64,000 nt of DNA from an uncultured Chloroflexia bacterium (lineage in GTDB: Bacteria > Chloroflexota > Limnocylindria > QHBO01). The notes under the pieces are model-generated. The model saw nothing but the letters and a program-made list of their open reading frames with translations. It had not been told where the DNA came from and searched no databases. The stretch spans positions 351,850 through 415,849 of the forward strand of contig CAVWZA010000016.1 in assembly GCA_963759405.1 (NCBI GenBank), given 5' to 3'. Both the position numbers and the translations under genes were made by a program. Positions 27,797 to 36,443 of this stretch are shown here, piece after piece. Position 1 is the first letter of the stretch; every line of letters starts with the position of its first letter.

Positions 27797-27825
27797 AGTA
27801 TGGCACCTGTCCGCATTCCGTACAA
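27797..27825 (-). promoter_or_regulatory. Candidate sigma-70-type promoter of the NtrC-like gene (TTGTAC-17 nt-CATACT)
   Basis: The minus strand reads TTGTAC ggaatgcggacaggtgc CATACT. The -10 ends about 27 nt before the ATG at 27769. The match is weak and this is a sequence-only prediction. Confidence 0.3.
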
Positions 27826-27847
27826 CAGGGGCCGTTTCCTGGGAGGC

Positions 27848-28008
27848 GGTTTGCTCGCTGAGGTACGTATCGGCCACTGAGTTGCTGAAATTGCCCACCG
27901 GTGCACATGTCAGCCAACCAGGGGGCTGCTTGTTGGCTGTTTGTTGCTGCCTGGGGTACGTATCGGCCAATCAGTGGCTGTTAGTTGCGCACCCAGGTAC
28001 GTCAATGG
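27848..28008 (-). repeat. 161-nt conserved non-coding module, copy 1 (inverted relative to copy 2 at 43661-43821)
   Basis: It aligns without gaps to the reverse complement of 43661-43821 (about 137/161 identical by hand count). It contains two copies of GGTACGTATCGGCCAATCAGTGGC (one degenerate) and the shared block GTTGGCTGTTTGTTGCT. Confidence 0.85.
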
Positions 28009-28025
28009 CTCGACCGCCGGAATCT

Positions 28026-28346
28026 CTACTCGCCGCTGGGCGATGCACTCGGAGAGGCGGACTCAGACGCCGATGCCGATGCCGATGCCGACGGAGATGC
28101 CGAGGCCGATCCTGATGCCGACGGCTCGACCGAGATGGACGCCGGCGTGGACGGCAGCGGAATGATCGTCGGTTCCGGGATGAGGCGCGACGGGATGCCG
28201 AGCGCGGCGAGGACGAAGATGAGGACGAAGATGGCGATGACGGTGAGGATCCAGGTGCGCGCCAGGCGATCCTCCCGCGTCGGCAGCGCGCCTCGGTAGC
28301 CGGGCTCGTTGCGGCCGGGTTCGGGGCGCGGTGTCTGGCTCGTCAT
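28026..28346 (-). CDS. Single-pass membrane protein with a Ser/Ala/Pro-rich repeat tail
   Basis: The TM helix is TWILTVIAIFVLIFVLAALGI. The C-terminus SASGSASASPSASASASASESASPSASPSGE is encoded by GCCGAT-type hexamer repeats. Confidence 0.5.
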   Translation of the reverse strand: MTSQTPRPEPGRNEPGYRGALPTREDRLARTWILTVIAIFVLIFVLAALGIPSRLIPEPTIIPLPSTPASISVEPSASGSASASPSASASASASESASPSASPSGE

Positions 28347-28600
28347 GCGTCGGGTCCGTCTCCAGGTTTCGGTGATGTGATGCGCGTCGCCAGCTGGGCG
28401 AGGGTCGCGCTGGCCTCCGCGGCGCTGGACCGGAGACGAGACTCCGCCTCCACCACGTCGCGGCGCAGGTCTGCTACCCGCCGTCGCGCGCGTCGGGCCT
28501 CTCGCGCGGCGCTGAAGCCGAGGGTCCAGGCGAGGAGAGCCAGCGAGCCGATGACCAGCAGCGCGAGCGCCGCGACCGCGAGGTCGAAGATCAGTCCCAC
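28343..28600 (-). CDS. Small membrane-anchored coiled-coil protein
   Basis: From the GTG at 28600 the sequence is VGLIFDLAVAALALLVIGSLALLAWTLG followed by a charged helix. The stop overlaps the next start as ATGA. Confidence 0.4.
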   Translation of the reverse strand: MGLIFDLAVAALALLVIGSLALLAWTLGFSAAREARRARRRVADLRRDVVEAESRLRSSAAEASATLAQLATRITSPKPGDGPDA

Positions 28601-28628
28601 GGCGCGCGAAGGGTAGCAGATCGCCCGT

Positions 28629-30020
28629 TCAACGGGCGTTGCGCATGGGTGGCACGGCAATGCCGATGACGCCCGCCGCGGCGCAGATGCCGCCGCTCAG
28701 GATGAGGACCTCGGCCGGTCCGATGATCCCGGCCAGCCAGCCGGAGAGGGCCATCGACGCCGCGATCGAACCGAACACGAGCGCCTGGCGGCTGGAGACC
28801 ACGCGGCCCATCAGCCGCTGCGGGGTCCGCTGCTGGAAGAGGGTCACCGTCGGGATGATGAACAGCATGTTGGTCGCGCCGGTGAAGAAGAAGGCGACGA
28901 TGGCCAGCAGCGGATCGGTCGTCAGTCCGGCAGCCACCAGGGAGAGCCCCATCCCGATGAAGCCGGCGATCACCAGCGGCCCCTTCGGTAGCCGATCGCC
29001 GATGTAGCCGACGGCGATCCCGGCAATCACGCTGCCGACCGCGATGGCGGTCAGGAGCAGCGCGTACATCTGCTCGAAGCTCACGGGCCCACGGTCCACG
29101 ACGTCCCGGGCGTAGAGGAGGCTGACCACGATCTCGGCGCCGACCGCCACCTGGGCCATGGTCGAGAGCAGCGTGTTCGAGAGCAGCACGGGCTCGGCCC
29201 ACAGGAAGGAGAAGCCCTCGCGCATCTCCCGCCACACGTTCCGCAGCGAGAGCCCCTCGCTCGGCGGCGCCAGCTGACGCGGCAGGAGCATCGCCCAGAT
29301 GAGCACCGCCGAGACGACGTAGGTGCCGGCATCCAGCACGAACGCCGCGCCGATGACCGAGCTCAGGGCGGTGACGATCAGGCCAGCCACCGGGAAGCCG
29401 ATCAGGTCCGCCGCCGTCTCCGGCACCGACATCGCCGAGTTGGCCGCCACCAGGTCCTGCTCGTCCACCATGGCCGGCACGACGGCCGTCTTCGCGGGGC
29501 GGAAGAGGAGCGTCACCGTCGCGATGAGGAACGCGGCCAGATAGACCAGGCCGATATGGATCTCGAAGGCGAACGGAACCGTGAGCACCAGCCCGGCTCG
29601 CACCACGTCGCAGGCGATCATCGTGATGCGTCGGTCCCATCGGTCCACGAGCACACCGGCCAGCGGGCCGAGCACCACGCTGGGCACCGCGGTCGCCGCG
29701 AAGGTCAGCCCGACCTCGAGCGCCGTCCCGCGGCCGGCCACCAGCGCCCCCAGCGCGATGACGTGGATCCGATCCCCGAGCATCGAGATGAGCTGGCCGG
29801 TCCACAGCAGCGAGAAGTTGCGGTTGCGGACCAGGCGCAGGTACGGCGACTGCGCCCGCGGGGCCCACTCGCCGGCCGGCAGCGCCGCTTCGGCATCGGC
29901 GGGAATCGAGGAGGCACCGCCATAGGCGACACCGGCCTGGAAGGTCCCCGCCGTGGATTGGCGGATCGGGGACTGGCCCAGGGCCACGGCGCCGCGCGAC
30001 GGAGCGCCGGCCCGGGTCAT
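28629..30020 (-). CDS. MFS transporter (MFS_3/EntS-like)
   Basis: It has 12 TM-type hydrophobic segments. Motifs present are NRNFSLLWTGQLISMLGDRIHVIAL and GPLAGVLVDRWDRR (MFS motif A). A candidate ATG at 30020 sits inside a continuous ORF. Confidence 0.85.
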   Translation of the reverse strand: MTRAGAPSRGAVALGQSPIRQSTAGTFQAGVAYGGASSIPADAEAALPAGEWAPRAQSPYLRLVRNRNFSLLWTGQLISMLGDRIHVIALGALVAGRGTALEVGLTFAATAVPSVVLGPLAGVLVDRWDRRITMIACDVVRAGLVLTVPFAFEIHIGLVYLAAFLIATVTLLFRPAKTAVVPAMVDEQDLVAANSAMSVPETAADLIGFPVAGLIVTALSSVIGAAFVLDAGTYVVSAVLIWAMLLPRQLAPPSEGLSLRNVWREMREGFSFLWAEPVLLSNTLLSTMAQVAVGAEIVVSLLYARDVVDRGPVSFEQMYALLLTAIAVGSVIAGIAVGYIGDRLPKGPLVIAGFIGMGLSLVAAGLTTDPLLAIVAFFFTGATNMLFIIPTVTLFQQRTPQRLMGRVVSSRQALVFGSIAASMALSGWLAGIIGPAEVLILSGGICAAAGVIGIAVPPMRNAR

Positions 30021-30552
30021 CGAGTACACGATCGCCCAGAAGATCCCGAGCGCCAGCAGCACGTCGCCGATGCTCACCACGTCGCGGATGTACGGGATCG
30101 GGATCGGGACGACGTCGCCGAACAGCCCGCCGGCGGCGACGAAGCCTGCGACCGTATCGGTCCGAAGCAGGAAGTGGAACGGGTCGTTGACGATGTCCAG
30201 CTTCGGTGAAGCCGGCCGAGAAGAAGGCGGCCGACCAGATGGGCATCTGCCCGCCGTTGATGAGGACGGCCACCATGTTGGCGCCGATGCCCACCGATGC
30301 GATCTGGAGCCCGGGCACCCGCCAGTTGCCGCACAGCCACACGAAGACGAGCAGGTACGCGCCGACGTAGAACCACCCGGCGGGGAGTGCGTCGGCGAAG
30401 CCGGTCTCCTCGCTCACCAGCACCAGCAGCCGCAGTCCCAACGCCGCCGCCAGCAGCCAGCTCCAGCGCAGCTTCAGCTCGCCCAGCCGCGGGAACGAGC
30501 CCCCCGCGAGCGCGCCGACGATCAGCGCAAGGAGGATCGCGCTAAGAAACAT
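30006..30552 (-). CDS. DUF5317-like membrane protein (one frameshift; the 3' part is in frame with the MFS gene)
   Basis: From the ATG at 30552 the sequence is MFLSAILLALIVGALAGGSFPRLGELKLRWSWLLAAALGLRLLV...NMVAVLINGGQMP. The tail DVVSIGDVLLALGIFWAIVYS is in the frame of ORF 28629-30080. Confidence 0.55.
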
Positions 30553-31965
30553 CGTCCGAGGCCAGGGCGGGCCTCGCGGTCGGCTCCGATGTCGAGCTTT
30601 CCGGCTTGTCGCCGGCGCGGCGGTCCCGGCGCTCAACGTCGGCCGGGTGGGGGATGCGGAGCATGGTCGGCAGCTCGTCCGGCCGATCCGGTGGCCGGTC
30701 GAGGATGGCCCGATCCAGGCCGATGAGGACCGGCACGATCTCCGGATCGAACTGGATGCCGGTGAACTTCTCGAGCTGGTCGACGGCCTGCTCGTGGGTC
30801 AGCGGGATCTTCCGATACGGGCGGGAGCTGGTCATCGCCTCGTAGGCATCGGCGATGGTGAGGATGCGGGAGCCCAGCGGGATGTCGAGCGCCTCCATGC
30901 CGTCCGGGTAGCCGGACCCGTTGAACCATTCGTGATGCGCCTTGATCAGCGGCGCTTCCCGGCTCAGCTGGGAGGCCGGCGCAACGATCTCCGCGCCGAT
31001 GGTCGGATGCTGGTTCATCAGGATCCGCTCGCTCTTGTCGAGCGGCCCTTCCTTGAGCAGGATGTTGTCGCGGATGCCGATCTTGCCGATGTCGTGGAGC
31101 AGCCCCGCCCAGGTCAGGATCTCGATCTCCGACTCCGGCAGGCGCATCACCCGAGCCATGGCCTCGGCGATGTGGCTCACCCGGCTCGAGTGGTTCCGGG
31201 TGTAGTTGTCCCGGGCGTCGACCGCCTTCGAGAGCGCCTCGATCGTCTGCTCGAACAGCTCCCTCGTCTCGACGTACCGTGCGTAGGCGACGCGGGTCGT
31301 CAGCAGCGGGACGGCAAACAGTGCGGTGGCCCACCACCCAACGCCGTTCGGCATCTGGAAGACCTGGGCCATCAGCCACGACAGCGGGACCAAGCCCATC
31401 AGGCTGATGGCGACGCCGCCCAGGTCCTGAGCGAACACTGTCCGCACGGATGAGCCGGTCCTGGCGCTAACCGCGGCTAGTGCGAGCGTCCAGTTGACCA
31501 GCGTAAAAGGCGATGCCCGCGATGAGCGCACCGACGAAGGAGACAACGCTAGGCGCCGCAGAAGCCTCACCGCCGAGCAGATGTCGTGGAAACGTCGAAG
31601 GCCATCCCGGCTGCGACCGCCGAGATGACCACCGAGGAGTGGTTGAACAGGGTTCCGTACCACGGAACCTCTCGCCTCGACTTCCCGCGTGTCAGTCGTT
31701 CCGATCGCCCCGACGATCGCCCCCGCAAGCGGTCCACCCAGAGATGGTCGCGGCTAGCACCGGCGCAACGCCGAACCGTACACGACTGTCCCTCGCGGCA
31801 ACCTCACAGGCATCACGCTCGCAAAGAGCGCGACGACGGTCCAAAAGATGAGACCAGGTACTCCGCCCAGTTCTGGACGCACCGGGAATAGCAGAATAGC
31901 CGCCGCAATTGCGAGAATTGCGGCGGCTAGGGTTGCGAGGACAAGGCGCTTTACGATCGGACCAT
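30542..31965 (-). pseudogene. Membrane-anchored HD-GYP domain phosphodiesterase (c-di-GMP turnover); the N-terminal TM region is frame-disrupted
   Basis: The catalytic part is intact in ORF 30542-31663 (HSSRVSHIAEAMA, GLLHDIGKIGI, HHEWFNGSGYPDG). Upstream TM helices (IVKRLVLATLAAAILAIAAAILLFPV...LIFWTVVALFASVMPVRLP) are in other frames. An ATG at 31965 is preceded by GAGAGGTGAGG. Confidence 0.85.
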
Positions 31966-32007
31966 GACCTCACCTCTCGGTGAGCAGCGGAGTCTAGCAC
32001 GCGCCAG

Positions 32008-32106
32008 TTACCAGCCTCGGAAGCCCGCCCCTCCGGCCAAAGCCAGAGTGATGATCGTTCCGAGAGTGGTCAGCAGCGCGACTGTTCGTTGAACGGTCGC
32101 TCGCAT
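32008..32106 (-). CDS. Candidate 32-aa hydrophobic peptide (below the ORF-track size cut-off)
   Basis: My own translation is MRATVQRTVALLTTLGTIITLALAGGAGFRGW, ending in TAA. The ATG at 32106 is preceded by GAGGA with a 5-nt spacer. It lies between the SARP stop and the HD-GYP start. Confidence 0.3.
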   Translation of the reverse strand: MRATVQRTVALLTTLGTIITLALAGGAGFRGW

Positions 32107-32422
32107 GCTGTTCCTCATATCAAGGCTGGCTCTACCAGCCCTTGACGACTTGTGTAGACATCAGAAGGTGCCCTCTTCCGATATGGGTCCATAGACAACC
32201 GACACACTCCGTGACGGAACGGTCGGTTGCACTAGCTGCTCCCCGTTGGCCCAAGTGCCCAAGTTCAGCCAACGGATCAATGCTTCCCACGAAGTTGCGA
32301 CTAGTACCTAGGTACCAGGCCACGGGGGTACCATATGGGTAACGTGTGCCAGAAAGTCAAGCGCCAGACATAGTTTGACTCGAACCGAGTCCAATCAGAT
32401 TTGACCTAGCCTTCGAAGCTGA

Positions 32423-33167
32423 TCAGTCGCTTTCAAGGACCGGCTGGGACGGATCCTCATCAAATTCGGCGCGGAGCTGATCGGCATACGTGACGAGCAG
32501 GTCTCGCGCGGCGCGCCGTCGTCCCGAGCGAGACAGACACTCAGCGAGCGCGAGCGTCGCCGCCTCGTCGAAGGGATCGAGCGCGACAAGTGCGGCTGCT
32601 GCATCCATTGCAATCTGGACGTCAAAGGACATGTGGGCTTGAGTGGCGATGGGAAGCAGCCGAGATCGCACTTCGTTGTGAACCGTGACCTGAAGCCGAG
32701 ATGCCCAGGTCTCATATCGAAGGTCGGCCAAGAATTCTCCGCGCACCAATGCGATCGCCTTCGTGGCTGCGTCCTGACGCTGCTTCCATGTGCCATGCGC
32801 AAGCGGTCGCACTGGCGTCTGAATCTCTTGGAGATCTGTATGAACGAGGCCGGGCGACAAGGTCACTTGTTCCGCGGAACTGACGACGTATTCAGGGCTT
32901 TCGCCTTGCCGATAGGCCGGGTCGAGATAGCGCCGCAATTGAAAAACCGTCTGGTTGAGGTTGTTGACAGCCGAGTCACCGTCTGCCTCTGGCCACAAGA
33001 TGTCGATCGGCCATGTCGCGGGTAAGCGTCGTATGAGCATGTGCGCCGAGGACGGCCAGCAGGGCTCGGACACGCCGCTTCTCAATGCTGACGCGCGGTC
33101 CATCCCATCCACCGCGCCGCAAGCTGATCCCGCCAAACGTGCGCAGATAGACCCGAGAGGCGTACAT
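32423..33167 (-). CDS. SARP-type regulator module (OmpR-like winged helix + BTAD domain); one apparent frameshift
   Basis: The winged helix is VYLRTFGGISLRRGGWDGPRVSIEKRRVRALLAVLGAHAHTTLTRD (ORF 32976-33167), continuing as IDILWPEADGDSAVNNLNQTVFQLRRYL. The BTAD part is ALVRGEFLADLRYETWA...AALVALDPFDEAATLALAECLSRSGRRRAARDLLVTYADQLRAEF. Confidence 0.75.
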
Positions 33168-33227
33168 CTGCTGGAGCTGTCGTCTCGCCTCTGCGACATC
33201 GCGGCCCAGGGATCCTCTCCATTGCGA

Positions 33228-35767
33228 TCACGGTCTCGCGAGTTGGCATGTTGAGTGACCGCCTTCAGGAGAATTGCTCGGGTTGGACCGTCCGTGAGTC
33301 GGAATCAGACGCAGTACGTCGGGACGCCATCCTTCGGGATCCCATGCGAGAAGTTCGGCGAGAGTGTCCGCTCCTGATCGGGAGATCAAGCGCGAGCTGG
33401 GCGTGGTGCAGCGTACCGGCGCACCCACCACCTTATCCCTTCAAGGAATCCATCTGACAGAGCCTGTGACAGGGCAATCCACGCATCGCGCTTGGCTCGA
33501 ATCGCTCGATGTTCCAGAGCGAGCGCGCCGATCTTGACGCGCCCGACTGCGGCAACCAGCTCGCACCCGCGGACTCGGCATCGGCCAACTCTCCGAGGCG
33601 CGCCTGGCACCCGCCGTTGCAGCCTGCCGGCGTGCGATCGGCGATCGACCGCGCAGGCGCGATTTCGGCGGAGTAGCGGAGGTCTACTGGTGCGCCCCGA
33701 CTCCATCGCCAATGCCGGCTTCCAAGACATCGCGGACTGGCTGACCGTCCAGGTACAGGCACTCGATGAGCCGCGCGAATAAGCGGGGCATGAGCACGCG
33801 CCCAAGACGGCAGGACGCGAAGTCGCTTCGTCGGAGGACGTCGGTGGTTTCGCCGAGTCGGCCCTCCGAGGCTAAGACGCGTCGCCCATGCGTGGAGGGC
33901 GTGTGCCGTGGGCCTCGGCCATGGAGCGGTGCGGCGGATCGCGTCTGTCGCAACGACCGCCGCGCGTTCCCTTTGACCCGCCAACGAGCAGAGCGCGATC
34001 GTGAGTTCTTCGTTGTGAGGCGAACGGGATTGGTAGGAGTCTCGCCCAAAAGCGTGCGGCCTGCTCCAGATTGACGATGGCCTTGTCAGTTGCGCCCATT
34101 CGAAGCTGCATCTCGCCGGCGTTGTGATGGCCGATCGCCGCGAAGTGCTCGAACCCACGCGCCGTCGACTCCACGGCGATTCGTTCGCATTCTCGGAACG
34201 ACGGCCTGCAGAGGGCCCGTGCAGCCACGTGCCGCGTGATCGCGACGTTTCCTTCGAGTCTGAGTCGAGTGCTCACCGCGTCGGGTGGGACGATGGCGAC
34301 GCCGGCCTCCGCAGCCTGGGCTGCGCGCTCCGTGTCGCCGTAGTTCGAGTACACCGTGCTGAGCTTCAGGCAGGCAAGGGCCTCGAGGCGTCGATCGCCC
34401 TTGCGGGAGAAGTACTCGCGCGCTCGACTGAGCGCCTCGAGCGCCCGTTGCCACTCGCCGCGGATGCCACAGGCTTCTCCATGGAGAAGGCTCAAGCGCG
34501 CGTTCTGTTTGATCATTTCGTCTGGCAGTTGCTGAAGCCATTCGTCCACGAGACCGAGCCGACCTGACGAGACGATGTCCTCGCCGTATTTGGCGATCAA
34601 TCGAGCGGCCTGGCGTTGAAGGCCGGCGCGGAGGTAGTGGTGGATCGCCTCCGGCCACTGCTCCGTCGTCTCGAAGTACGACGCGGCGTGAATGTGGAGC
34701 CCTACCACCTCGGCCTCGGATCGGTCCGCGATGAGCCGTCGCTCGAGAAAGTCTCGGAACAGGTTGTGGTATCGGTAGCGCTCGTCATCCAGGCGGTTCG
34801 TGAACAGGCCGCGATGCTCGAGCTCGGTGAGCTCTCGCCGGCCGTCGTGGACGCCGGCGAGCCGCTCGGCGACCTCAGGCGTGATCTGCTGGAGGATCGA
34901 GGTCGTCAGGAGGAAGTTTCGAGTCTCCTCCGGCTGTTGGTCGAGGACCTCCTCTGCCAGGAAGTCGAAGAGGTCGCTATCGGTCGTGGCCGTGATCGAC
35001 TGGATGAATTCGCTGCGCTCCTCCGGCGACGGGCGCTCGCGCAGCGAGACCTCCACGAGCTGAAGCGAAGCGGCCCAGCCTTCGGTGCGCCGCTCGAGCT
35101 CGGCGACGTCCGTGGGATTCAGTGGATCGTTGTAGATGTCGCGAAAGAGCTCCTCGATCTCCGACTCACTGAAGCGGAGGGCATCGGTCCGGAGCTCTGC
35201 GTAGCCCGAGTGCGTCTTGAATCGCGCGAACTGCAGGCGAGGCTTGACACGCGACGCGAACACGAAGCGGCAGGTCGGCGGCGCGTCGCGCAGGATCTGG
35301 TTCCAGAGTCCGCGCACCTCGGTCACGGCGTTGACGTACTGCCAGTCGTCGATGATGAAGGTGCAGGGTTCCGTCAGCCGCTCGTGCATCTCGGCCAGCA
35401 GATAGGCCGCCACGCCCGGGCGTGACGAGCCGGGTCCGCCGAGCTGCTGGAGCATCGAGATGGCGCGGCGGCCGAAGCCGGCGTGACGCTTTCCGATCGC
35501 CTCGATCAGATAGCTGATGTGGAAGGTCCAATCCCGATCGTTTCGATCGAGCTTGTACCAGTAGCAGGGGAAGTCGACCTCGCGCTCCCATTGCCACAGG
35601 AGCGTCGTCTTGCCGTAGCCCGCATCGGCTGCGATGACGGCGGCGCGGCAACCGGATGCCTCGTTGAGCCAGTCGATCAGTCGGGCGCGCCGCAACGTCG
35701 GCGTCGCGTAGTGGGGCGACGCGACCTTGTTGAGGATGAGCGGGTAGGCGTCCTTGATGTCCGACAA
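33228..35767 (-). pseudogene. MalT-like STAND NTPase with a TPR-like C-terminal region; frame-disrupted downstream of about 34050; 3' end uncertain
   Basis: The 631-aa ORF has Walker A VIAADAGYGKTTLL and Walker B CTFIIDDWQYV, plus MalT-type helical and winged-helix segments (EGWAASLQLV, FDFLAEEVLDQQPEETRNFLLTTSIL, YHNLFRDFL) and then TPR-like repeats. Further helical-repeat fragments lie in ORFs 33433-34158, 33684-34049, 33386-33805 and 33228-33431. Confidence 0.75.
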
Positions 35768-35885
35768 TACACAGGGCTCCTGGGCGCAGACACACCGATG
35801 CGGTCGTCGCGCCCCCCGCGGCGAGCACTTCAGTCAGACACGACTCTAGTGCCGGCCGATTATCAGCCGATTACCGCGAATGGGA

Positions 35886-35900
35886 TAGAGTGCGAATCAC
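35886..35900 (+). promoter_or_regulatory. -10 box TAGAGT placed 9 nt before the folK GTG (leaderless-type promoter)
   Basis: TAGAGT lies at 35886-35891, followed by gcgaatcac and then the GTG at 35901. There is no room for a Shine-Dalgarno sequence. The same geometry is seen at 41724 and 43886. Confidence 0.45.
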
Positions 35901-36443
35901 GTGCGCGCCTTCATCGGTCTCGGTGGAAATCTCGGGGAGCCGGCCGTTGCATTTCGCGCGGCCGTGGCGGAGCTTCGCGGCATCGGGCTGGTCGCACGCG
36001 TCTCCTCCCTCTACGACAGCGCACCGCGCGATTTGGTCGATCAGCCCCGATTCCTGAATGCGGCGCTGGAGCTGGAGACCGATCTCTCACCGCTCGACCT
36101 GCTCGCCGAGCTGAAGCGCCTGGAGCTGGCGCTCGGCCGGGACCCCGAGACTCGCCGATGGGGCCCCCGGGTCATCGACCTCGACATCCTCTGCTTCGAC
36201 GGCCGATGCGTCACCGATCCCGAGCACAGCCTGATCGTTCCGCACCCGCGCTTCCATGAGCGCCGCTTCGCGCTCGAGCCGGTCGCGGAGCTGGATCCGG
36301 GCCTGCTTCCCTGGCGCAACTGCTCCGACCTGCGCGTGGAGGTCTCGGTCGTCGACCTGCTGGCCACCGTCGCCGACCAGGAGGTCCTTCGCGTCGGCGG
36401 ACCCGACTGGGCCGATCCGAGGACACCGGGAGGGCTCAGCTGA
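35901..36443 (+). CDS. folK: 2-amino-4-hydroxy-6-hydroxymethyldihydropteridine diphosphokinase
   Basis: Motifs present are AFIGLGGNLG, SSLYDSAP, QPRFLNAALELET, RWGPRVIDLDIL and VPHPRFHERRFAL. Confidence 0.9.
   Translation: MRAFIGLGGNLGEPAVAFRAAVAELRGIGLVARVSSLYDSAPRDLVDQPRFLNAALELETDLSPLDLLAELKRLELALGRDPETRRWGPRVIDLDILCFDGRCVTDPEHSLIVPHPRFHERRFALEPVAELDPGLLPWRNCSDLRVEVSVVDLLATVADQEVLRVGGPDWADPRTPGGLS

Noticed and set aside
27801-27815. Sigma-54-like sequence TGGCACCTGTCCGCA next to the enhancer-binding-protein gene
   Set aside because: The GG-to-GC spacing is one nucleotide short of the -24/-12 consensus, and the -12 element is CGCA rather than TTGC. It also points away from any gene and overlaps the minus-strand -10 candidate. 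It is most likely coincidental.
32132-32342. ORFs 32132-32323 (-, 63 aa) and 32142-32342 (+, 66 aa) in the lower-GC spacer
   Set aside because: They are mutually antisense, have no convincing start context or motifs, and have unremarkable composition. The shorter 32-aa ORF with a Shine-Dalgarno sequence is the better candidate in this region.
35850-35880. Direct repeat GCCGATTA-N3-GCCGATTA upstream of folK as a relative of the GGCCGATAC core of the 161-nt module
   Set aside because: Only GGCCGAT is shared. That is too short to claim a relationship without a genome-wide motif analysis.
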